Shown here in pieces: positions 37,901 to 49,039 of a stretch of DNA of 64,000 nucleotides. The notes beneath the pieces are model-generated. The model saw only the letters and a list, made by a program, of their open reading frames with translations, did not search any database and was not told the origin of the DNA. This stretch comes from Geosiphon pyriformis uo1 (Eukaryota; Fungi; Glomeromycota). Position 1 is the first letter of the stretch, and the number at the start of each line of letters is the position of its first letter. The translations under genes were made by a program, and so were the position numbers. The DNA lies in NCBI GenBank assembly GCA_016748015.1, contig JAAOMT010000514.1, positions 175,866 through 239,865 of the forward strand, in the 5' to 3' direction.

Positions 37901-39186
37901 ATTATATAAATAAAAGATCTCTCCAATTCTTCAAATTCATGTTATTGTCATTTGTTTAAAAATATAATCACTCTTCTATTTATTAACACTTCATGTTAAT
38001 AAAATTCAACACTTAACCACACTGGAACAATAGCTCTTAATTATGACTATTGACAGGATACTAACTTGAATTGCCTTGGCTTATTTTTTATTTTTTATTT
38101 TTTATTTCTTTTATTTTTATTTCTTTTCTTTTGTTGTTATTTACTAATTGAGTAAAGAATTAAGTGCTGAAGTTACAGACATTATAGAGACTGGTAAAAG
38201 ACCTGTGAAACAAGGGTAGAACACTCATAGATTTAAGGATAGCTTACCAGAAGGATTACCGGCCACCATGCTGAGAAAAAAATTTGATGGTGTTACAGAT
38301 GATTATTTGGGGTCTCAAGTCAAATAACAAATCCATAACTTGGTGCTTGATTGGTATTCTGGTATTGATATCTGAAAATGTGGTTTATCTAAAGGTTTTG
38401 TTGTTGAGTTTTTTGTATAATAAACAGAGATTTAATTAATGGTTTTATCCATAGCTTCCTAAAACCACAGTTTTGTCAAATTTTTTTCTTAGTGTGGTGG
38501 CCAGTAATCCTCCTGGTAAGCTATCTTCAAATCTATGAGTGTTTTACCTTTGTTTTACGAGTCTTTTACCAGTTCCTATAATGTCTGTATCTCAGCACTT
38601 TATTCTTAATTAATTTAGTAAACCCAAAGAAATAACAAAAAAAGAAATAAAAGAAAATAAAAAAATAAACAAAAGCAATTGCACATTAGTATCTCATCAA
38701 TAGCTGTAATCAAGAGCTATTGTTCCAGTGTGGTTAAGTATCAATTACTATCAACATAAAGTGTTGATAGTAGAGAGTGAATTGAGATAGTAAATAATTA
38801 TTTATTGATATTTGTAAATGGAAGGTTGCTTAGATGAAATCTAAACTATAAGGTCTGTTTTTTCTTCTTCTAATGCTACCACTATATATACATAATTTGG
38901 GTTCTATGAGATCACTCACATTTTTGAGTGATGTGCTATAATTTCTCAAGCAATGCTCACATTGCTGAGCATTGTGCTATATCTTCTTGATATCATTCCA
39001 CATTGTTAAGCAATGTGCTGTGATTTCTGACATTGCTTCACATTGCTGAGCAATATGCCATGATTTCTGACATTGCTCCACATTGCTGAACAATGTGCTC
39101 ATGTGCTAACTACTACTCTCTTATTGGTCTACTATTTTTTCTATATCTGTTTTCTTTTTATGAGTAATATTATCTTCTCCTTTTTT

Positions 39187-39822
39187 TTAATATTGAGCTC
39201 CATTAAAATCTTTGTTTTGAATTAATTCTAATACTTTTTTTTCAAGTATTGTTTGTTCAACTCTGTTTCTTACTTCTTCTACTTGTGTATTATTTATTTT
39301 TCCCTATTGGTTAATGATTATGGTTTCCATGTCAGAGTGTAATAGTATTTCTGGATAATTCTGAAATATGTTGTGTAGTTGGTACATTGTTCTAACATGT
39401 AGTGTTGAATTTGTTTTCTTTTCAATAAATTCTTCAATTTGTTGTATTATGTCTTGGTTGAATATTTTCTTGGATTTGTCAATATACAACTCCTGAATAT
39501 TCAACTTTTGACCTAACTGGTAGTAGCAATATAATATTGGAAATTGTTCTGTCTATTGCTTCCAATTTTCTTTTGTAAGCTCTTCTGTTGGTGCTATAAC
39601 AGGTATTTTTCTAAAAGTGTTCTTCACTTTTTCTATTAAGTTATCTGTTCAGTTTTTATTATTTTTTGGTGGTCACTGGTATGGTGTATTCTTTGTCTTT
39701 TTTTGGATGTTTTGATAGCAAATTATTTGGTTGTTAATAACAATTTCTATGTTTAACTGTTGTTGACTTAAGGTCTGGAACAGTTGTTGAGCTATAGTGT
39801 AAATATGATCTAGTATTTCCAT
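39187..39822 (-). pseudogene. Element B ORF3 (env position, ~211 aa, unknown function)
   Basis: One frame from MEILDHIYTIAQQLFQ to KDFNGAQY* with a few internal stops, ending at the PPT. Homologous to 1899-2528. Confidence 0.75.
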
Positions 39823-39920
39823 TTTTCTGGTTGCTTTTGTCACGTGTACTGTGTTTTTAATACTCTTTTGGTTGTTCAATTTGACATGTTTGGTTCAATT
39901 ACTATAATTGGTTCCAGATC

Positions 39921-42900
39921 TCATGGAATCTCATCTGGTTGAATTAGTATTCTTTATACTCCCAGTTGTGGAATGTTATTGGTAGATGATGATGCTGTCT
40001 GGTAATATTGTTTCAGTTGATCACCATGTGCTGCTTTGGCTAAGATTTTGTTGTTTCATCTTAATTTATAAGCTCTATTTCTTAGAATTTCTTCTATGTG
40101 AAATGGTCTATTTTATTTGGGGTCAAATTTTCTACTCCATTGTTTTTCTGCTTTGGTGCAATGTAAAAGTACTTTGTTTCCAATCTTGAATTAAACTGGT
40201 TTATCTGGTAGTTGGTTATCATGTCTTTTTTTTTGTTTTTCTTGTGACTTTTGAATATTATTAGCTGCTTTTTGCCATTTGTTTTCCAGTGTCTTTATTA
40301 AGTCATATGTTTTTCACAACAATGTTTTCTGAAAATTGTTTTCAGTTATTGGTTTTGTTGGATAAGTGTTGACTTTTATCTTAACTGGTAATGTTGCTGT
40401 TCTATTGTATACTAATTCAAATGGTGTTGCTTGTGTGGTGTCTTGCTTTATTGTCTGATAAGCAAATAATACTGATGATATAAATAAATCCCATTTGTCC
40501 TGGTTTTTTTGACTGATCTTGGCAATTGCTTCATACAATGTTCTGTTAAATCTTTTAACTAACCCATTTGTTTGTGGATAGTATAGTAATAATAATGGTC
40601 TTTTGATTCCAAATCTCTAACTTAATTCTGTTAATGTTCTATTTACAAAATAAGTTCTTTGATCTGATAATAATTCTTTTGGACATCCATGTTGACAAAT
40701 CAAATCTTGATGAATAAATTTGGCAACGGATTCTGCATCTGCCCTTTGAATGGCTTTTGCTTCTGGCCATTTAGTAAGATAGTCCATGGCTACTGCAATA
40801 TATCTGTTGCCTTTGCTGGTGATTGTTAATGGTCTGACTAAGTTAATTCCAATATGGTCAAATGGTTGTTCCACTTTGATTGGTCTCAATGGTTCACTGG
40901 ATTTTGTTCCTCTTCTTCTCTGACAAGCATCACAATTTTGAACATATTGGATGATGTCTGGATACATTGATGGCCAATAGTATCTTTTTTTAGTTCTTTC
41001 TATGGTTGCTTCTTTATGAAAATGTCCTGCTGTTAGATCTGAGTACATGTTGAATAGTATTGTTTCTTTCTCTGGTTCTGTAATTACTCTAATTGGTTGA
41101 TCTGGATTTCTTCTGTTCTTCCAATAAAGTATATTTTGATGGTTAATAAAGTATTTTAATTGTTGTTTTATGTTCTTTTGTTTCTTTTGAGATAATTTCT
41201 CTTTGAACAATTGGGTATTTATATAATGTTGTAGTTGTTGGTATTTTTGGATGTTCATTTTTTGTTATATTTTTGGGTTAAAATGTTTTTAGATTTGTCT
41301 TATTTGCGACAATCCGTTGGCATTTCTATTGTCTTTTTCCTTTTTATAATGTACTGTATAATTGAATGGTGAAAGTTCTATTTTCTATCTGGCATGGCAA
41401 TCATCTGCAAATTCTTGTTTTTGAATTGAAGTCAATTCTTTGTGATCAGTGTACACATCAAACTTTTGACTTAAGTATTTTTTCCATTTGATGACAGCCC
41501 AATAGATAGCTAAGTGTTCTAGTGCTGAAGTTCTATAGTTCTTTTTGGCTGGACTTAAGCTTCTACTGGTATAAGCTACTGGATGTTTTCTTCCATCTGG
41601 TCTTTTTTGTAATAGTACTGCTCCCAATGTTTAACCTAATGCATTAGTCATGATGATAAATGGTTTGTTATAATCTGAATACATTAATACTAGAGCTTGG
41701 ATAAGCTTTCTTTTCAATGTGTCAAATGTTTCTTGTTAAGCTTCAGTCCATTTATACTTCACATTCTTGGTTTGTAGATGGTGAAGTGGCTAAGCCAGTT
41801 TTGAAAAGTCTTTAATAAAATGGCAATAGTAGCCTGCGAAACCCAAAAATGCTCTTAGTTCTGTCAAGTTGGTTGGTACTGGAAAGTTCTTAACTACTTC
41901 AATCTTGTCTGGATCCGTTTTGATTTCATTTTTACTTACTACATGTCCCAAAAACTTGAGTTCAGTTTTTCCAAAGAAACATTTGGTTGTATTTAGTTTC
42001 AATCCAGCTTTTCTTAGTCTTTCAAACACTTGTTGAAGATGGTAAAGATGATCATCAAATGTTTTTAAGAACACGTTTGTGTCATCTAAGTAAACAACTA
42101 CTGATTTTCACAGTAATCTAATATAGACAATTTCCATGAGCCATTGAAATGTTGCTGAAGCATTTATCAAGCCAAATGGCATGACTTCAAATTTAAAATT
42201 TTTTTTTCTTGTGGTAAATGCTGTTTTCTCTTTGTTAGCTGAATCCATGACTACTTGCCAGTAATTACTATCTAAATCCAGTATCAAAAACCATTTATTT
42301 CCTCTAAAAAGGTCAAACAGTTCTTAGATTTTTAGAGTTGGATAGCTATCTCCTTTGGTTACTCTATTCAGTTTTCAGTAATCCACACAAAAACAGATTT
42401 TCCCATTTTTCTTTTGGACTAATACTACTGGTAATGACCATGGGCTCATTGATGGCTGAATTAGCCTATTGTTAAGCATCTGATTGATTTCTTGATGAAT
42501 AATCTCATGGCTAGCTGGTGGTACTCTGTATGCTCTTTGTTTGATTGGCATTGTATCTTCAGTCTTAATCTGATGCTAAATAATGTTAGTGCAGCCAAAT
42601 TCATTTTCACTAGCAAAGATGTCATTGAAATTGTTGAGTAACATCTTCAGTTGCATCTGTTAAAGTGGGTCTAAATTCCCCATGTTTATCTGTTTCAATT
42701 GTTCTGGTTGGAGCAGATAACATTTACTTCATTCATAGATGATTTGTAATATAATGTCTACATATCTGCAAAGCTATAGAAAATCTGGAATATAGTTTGG
42801 TGGTTAATCTTCAACTTCAGTGGTTAAGTATCCAATGATAGTTCTTTTTGGTATCTCAATGACATTTCTGGTTGTGTTATAGATGGGGATTTTGATGTTT

Positions 42901-45400
42901 TTGGGACTATTGGCTGATATGTAGAGATTAGTAAGTCCAATTTCTCCTGATTCACAAATGGTGGCTTCTGCTTCAAACAACTGGGCTTGATTCTTTACTT
43001 CTCTTTTTATGGCTAACATATACTGGTCATATGGTGAAATGAAAATTGTTTGATGGATTGAGATAATTTTTTTTTTGTTAATAACTTTTTCCTCCACCAT
43101 ATTAATTAGTATATCTATTCTACTCATGGATCCAAATCTTTGTATCCTTCTTACTGTTATTCCTAATTCTTCTCTGTTTCTCACTGACACTAGTTGAGCT
43201 ATTTTAACCAGAGGCAGAAATATTGTCTGTGCTATCTTTTTATTTGACTCTATGATATAGGTCTTTTCAGAGTTATTTTGTAGCATAGCAATGATATTTC
43301 CCACATATTCTGCATCAATTATTCCTCTTCTGATGTTGATTTTTTTCTTTGCTAAGCTACTTTTAGATGCTAATTGAATCATTGTTGTTGCTGGAATTTC
43401 CAGTGCTATTTTGAGATCAATGTAGGTGCAGAATTCCAATTTGATGGGATCTTTTCCAGGATATCTTAGATCAAACTCTGCATTAATATCATGCGTGCAT
43501 TCAGGCATAATACCTTCATTATTATTGCTAAACCATTTTAGTTCTTGTTCCTTGGTGAGATCAGAAAGTGTGATATATGTTTTGGGATTTGAATCAAAGT
43601 CTGAATCATTAATATTTTTGTTGCCATTTTGAACTGAGCTAGAACTGTTATTTTCGTCATTATCATTGTCAGAGTTTGAATTGGGATTAAAAGTTGATTC
43701 TGATTCTAATGTGCAGCTGCTAATTGGTTCTTCTTCTGGAATTGTGTAGATCATGCATGGTGGTGGATTGTAAATGGGGTCATACTCATTACAATACTGG
43801 AAGTCACATGGGATCAAACAATGGTCACATAATCAGGTGTTTATTTTTTTCAAACATTGTTTTTGCTTTTCCTTGGTGGGTGCTAATCGCTAGTAATGTT
43901 TATGGAATTCTTTTGGATCATCCTCGATATTGCCAAAGATGTCAAAAGTTTGGATGTATTTGGGTTCAGGAAGAGACAGAGGGTTGTTTTTGATTTCTAG
44001 TAGTTTACTGGTTGTTGTACCTTCTGTTTTCACATATGTCATTCTCCAGAATTTATGTTTGTCATGGGAATATCCTTTCAATTGTCACAACACTCTTTTT
44101 CAGGTGTTGTTGATTGGTGTTCCCTTGTATACCCAGTCATTTATCAAAATGATGTACTGACATGTCTTGTCATATGTTTCTCTATGTCTAGAAATGTCAT
44201 TCCACATTCCTTTATTAGGTAAGATAATTCCACATGTGAAATAGAGTTGGTTATCTCACTTTCCTTGTTATTTTAGTTGTCCAAAGCATTCTATGATATA
44301 TGAATGATGACTGTAGAGTATTCCTCATCATCGCCACAGCATGCACCCATTGATGACAATTTCTTGCCACAATCAACACATAACAATTTTGGTTGGTGAT
44401 AGCCAGATGATTGTGGGGAAGTATAAGTATATAGATTATAAGTGCTGTTGTTGGGTGTTGTTTTCTTTTCCTTCTCTTTTCTTTTTTCTTTATTATTATC
44501 TTCTTTCCATTCCCAAGTTAGTTTGTCCTGATTGTTGTTGGTTTCCCAGGTTTGGTCAGTATTCCAGGTAAGTTTGGTTTCCTTCTGTTTTTCTTTGCCA
44601 TTGTTGTTCCAAAAGAGTATAGGCAGTAGTTTATTGTGATCTTTATTGGCCCAGGACACTTAATAAGCTTCCCAGATAGGCTTCTCCTTTTTTTTTCAAA
44701 TTTGATGAGTGGAGTTGTCAAGTTGGTAGTCTTGAAATGGCCACACATGACTGGTATGTGTGTGTGCTAGCTGTTTTGGCTAATTTAAAGCTCCTGCATG
44801 TTCCAATCAAGCAACACATTGGTTTTGGATAGCCAATTATTACCAATGAATGCTTGATATTGGGTGGCTTCCATAATCAGTACTTTGATTGGAACAATGA
44901 TACCATTGACTTTAATAGGGAAGTTGTCAACCTTATCAATAGAAGTTTTAGTTGTTTTATTGGCGGTTATGATTCTGGTGCTGGCAGCGTAATCAATTCG
45001 GCAATCTAATTGGTCTATGAGTTGTTTTGTAATGATGCTGCTGGCTGATCTACTGTTTAGGATTAGTTTGATGAAGTGGCCATCAACTTTGGCATCAGTA
45101 TACATGACAGTAATAGGTTTTTCTTCTAGTGCAGCTTCACTAAATAACTGTATGGTTGACAGTTCTTCGAGTTCAAATGAGAAGATAGCGTCCAGAGATT
45201 CATTCTCAGTAATAGTAGCTGGCAGAATGTTGCTGGTAAGTGTTGGATATTGGTTGGTTTTCAGGTTATTGGGTTGGACGTTTTCTAGAGTAACCAGAAG
45301 ACTTAAATAGTTCTGGGAATTCGGGTTTTGTGTGTACTCAGTGCCCAAATTCTATTGTCAAGATTCTGCTGATTGTGTAGAAAAACTGGGGATTGGTTGG
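39921..45400 (-). pseudogene. Element B pol: aspartic protease, Cys-rich insert, dUTPase, RT, RNase H, integrase
   Basis: PR KLILNSRSAS (from LILDSGS). dUTPase ~43120-43520. RT remnant VYLDD at ~42080-42095, KFLGHVVS, LRAFLGFAGYY. RNase H GAVLLQ..HPVAYTSR. Integrase GHF..YYWP..CDACQ, DYLTKWPEA, TPFELVY. Confidence 0.9.
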
Positions 45401-45471
45401 TGGACTACTATTGACAATCTCCAGCTTTGTTGGGTCAATCTTGGCCTTTGAGTTCCGTTTTGAGATAAGTT

Positions 45472-47397
45472 CTATGGTGGTGTTTGAATTGGTTGAGGCT
45501 GATAGATTACCTGAAGTTGCAACTGATAAATGGATTGTGACTGCAGCTGATAAATTGATTGGGGTTGCAGTTGATAGATGACAGGTGTTGTTGGTTGATA
45601 AATTGGAGGTTGATAAATTTGCAGCTGTATCATAGATATGTAATTTGGTTGATATATTGCTAAGTTTGATTGATGATTCAAAGTTGAAAATCTGCAATTA
45701 GGGTTTCGATATTGATTTTCTGATCATTGGTTTTCTATTCTTAACTGACAATTGATTCTCAAATGTCCTTGTTTATTACAATAGTGGCAGATATGCATTT
45801 CTTGCTGCTATAGCTGATTTAATAGTGTTGATGAGCATGACTGATTCTGAAAACAATTCACATTTCCTTGGTTATTGCATTGTTGTGAAGGTTAATAAAT
45901 TGCACGATTGTTAGCTAAATATCTTTCTAATTTCTGATTGATGAAATTACTAAATTGTTTCAATTTAGAATCCAATTCAGATGATCCATTCATTACTAGA
46001 TTAATGGCTTGAGCATGATTTGCTTCAAGTTCTGCCAATTCAAAATCTCTTACATTGATGACTGTGTTCTAGAGAGTTTGTGGGTGCATTGGGCATACTC
46101 ATTGGAGTAGGCTACTGCGCAGTCCATGGATGAACTGATTTAAAATCTGTGGTGCTGTGAAATAGTCAGCTTGGATTGCTTGAATTTAGTGCAAGTTCCT
46201 GTAGAAACATTCCAAGTAAATAGTAATTGCTTCAGTTTCTCTTTGTTTAATTGTGGTGAAAGTATTGGCTAAGTGATTAATGCTGTTATTATTACTGAAA
46301 TATTCCAAGAATGCAGTTTTGAATTCCTGAAATGTTTGAGGTTTAATGACTAAACTCTGATACCACGAGTTAGTGGTATCTTGTAGAAAATAGGAAATCA
46401 CTTGAAAGGCTCTGTTATTGTTCCAACCATTGGCTGCAATGGCTTTTTCCACATCGTTGAGTCATACTTGAGTGTTATTCTCTTCACTGATAAATTTCTC
46501 AATTTTGGCAATTGAAGCATAAGCCATTGGTTGTTGTTGTGGTTGCTGCTGAATTTGTTGTTGAGATAGCAGTTGTGACTGTTGTTGCTGTTCAGCATTT
46601 GGTGGAGCTGGTGGTGGATTTATCATGATTACTGAAGGTAAGTGTTGATTAATTACATTGGGATTTTGATTCTTCTGATTTTCCAGAGTTTGATTAATCA
46701 GAGTTTTAATTCCTGAATTTTCTAGGATCGGGTTTTGCTTATTGACTTCCTGATTGCTATTCTCTTCTTCCTTGGAATTGGTTATTTCCTAAGGACTAAC
46801 AGCTCCAAAATCTGGTTGTGGTGGTAGTGATCAAATTCTTAATGGTGTTGGAGATTGTAATTTAAATTCCTTGAAATAATTGCCATATGTTCCTAATAAC
46901 TCTGTTTTCTTTTGTTTACTTTGAAATAAAATTCTGTTTAGTGGTGTTGTTATGCTTTGTGATAGCTGTATTTACTATATTAATAGTGTTTCTGAGTGTA
47001 TGGTGATATGATAGATTAGCAGGTGAATCAAACTTTTGTTTTTTCCAAGTGGGTAGTTGGATTTGCATTGGTGTTTTTGCTGGTGTTTGTAGCCTTTTTT
47101 TGCCTTTGTCTGCAAAAGTGATAGAAAATTTCTGTTTATTTCTGTAATTAGGGGTGCAAATAGGTAGTTTTGTAGAAAAGTAGTGCTTTGAAGCAATTTA
47201 CTGAAGAAGTTGTTAAAGGTGGATTCTGGATCTTCTTGACCTCCCAAGTGATATACTATTCTTTTGTTGACATAGTAATTGAAAGCTGATTCTGTTGGCC
47301 AACTATTATTTGTTAATCCGAGATAAATATGATAATGTTGGAATAAGGATTTTGCAAATCCTAAATAGTTTGTTCCTATTTTTTTGGATTCTGTCAC
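45472..47397 (-). pseudogene. Element B gag (N-terminal extension, capsid, CCHC knuckle, IYQ repeats)
   Basis: Capsid-like EKAIAANGWN..YFLQDTTNSWY..FKTAFLEYF, NQFIHGL; knuckle CHYCNKQGHLRINC at ~45750-45790. Confidence 0.8.
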
Positions 47398-48367
47398 TGT
47401 TTAGATAATTATAGTTGGTGCTGTTCTCTGTAGGATTATACCTTATAGAGAGCACCAAATATTACAGATAATTATTTGGAGTTTCAAATCAAATAACAAA
47501 TCTGTAACTTGGTGCTTGGTTGGTATTCTGGTGTTGATATCTGAAGGTGTGGTTTATCTAAAGGTTTTGTTGTTTAGTTCTTTGTATAATGAACAGAGAT
47601 TTAATTGATGGTTTTATCCATAGCTTTCTGAAACTGCAGTTTTGTCAAATTTTTTTCTCAGCATAGTGGCCAGTAATCTTCCTGATAAGCTATTCTCAAA
47701 TCTATTGTTACGGATTGGAGTAACAAGCTAATGGATAACAAGAGAAAACAGGATTGTAGGGTAATAGAAATAATCAAAGAGAATTTCAACTTTAAAGAGT
47801 GAATTGAATAAGTATGAATTCAATGTGCAAGATCAGTTTTATAAAATATCTCAGTCACTTATTTTTTTTAAAGATAACTAAAGAATCTAAAAGTAGAGAG
47901 ATAGTCCATACTGTTAACAATTAATCACCACTGGTATAATTCTATGCTTTATGTCGGCACTTTTAGAATTCAATATCAGATATCAACTTGTGTTTTTTAG
48001 TCACGTTTATTTAAATAATCTTCAAATGCTACAATTATATACATCAGGAAAAGGCCAATAAGTAATTTTTTATCTTTAAGATGTTCAAATACTTGAAGGT
48101 AGGAAAAGAAAAATTAGCAATAAGAGAAGGATTGAGATGAAAATTGTTATTTTATTTATTCTTGATTATTCAGATGCTTGTTATTACATGCTTTTTTACA
48201 GCTAAAAAATTCATTGCTTATATAGCTATCAAAAGTGGTCAATAATCAGGTCAATAATCACTTTCTAAAAATAGTGTGGCTAATCATATGACATTAGTGG
48301 CTAATACATGTGATAATTAATAAGAAGTATAAGTCTCAACCATAACATTATCTTCTCTAAAGAGATT

Positions 48368-48972
48368 AAGCTTTGGCGAAATCAAGCTATTTATAGTGTA
48401 ATCTATTTAAAGAGTTTTATCTAACTCAAAGCTAACTAATTTATTAAAGTCTTTTGTAGATAGGGTGTAATTACTTGAGGCGAAATGAGTTTTGTATTCA
48501 AGAAACCAAATCTTTGTATTAGAGTTTTGGCTCTTTTAGCAATAGTTAAAACTCTTGGAACATCTAATCATATAATGCCCAAAATTTCTGCCTGTATCTC
48601 TGAAGTTGTTTTCTTTATAAGCTTCATGTCATCTATGATTTCACTAAGATGATCATAGAGCTCTAGTTGTCTTCCATATGACAAGTTTTTGTCTATGGGT
48701 AAGATTTCTTTAATTGTTTTTCCAAGTGTGATAAAGGGTACGAGTATTGCTGCTGTTATACTTTCTAGCAAATATTTATCTATTTTGTTACCAATTTTTT
48801 CTCTTCTGGTAGTTGTTTTCTTTGGTCTAATAACAGTATGTGTTCTACTGCTATCAGTTATTGTGGTTTGTTTTCCAATGATCAAAGTAGCATTTGGATA
48901 GTTTTTGATCCAATACTCATGAAGAATATAGAAGGTGTTTTGAATGTTTTGATTCAGAAAATAATTGTTCAT
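48368..48972 (-). pseudogene. Element C ORF3 (env position, unknown function)
   Basis: ORF 48568-49068 continues through a stop toward the PPT. Weak positional similarity to ORF3 of B (LELYDHLSE vs LYCYYQLGQ). End coordinate approximate. Confidence 0.55.
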
Positions 48973-49039
48973 GTTAATTGAAGATACCTCTGTTTTGGGA
49001 ATAGTGCATTTATTTATACTTAATTTTTGTTGATCATTT

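Noticed and set aside
39187-39822. Calling ORF3 an envelope gene
   Set aside because: Too short, and no signal peptide, furin site or transmembrane anchor is visible.
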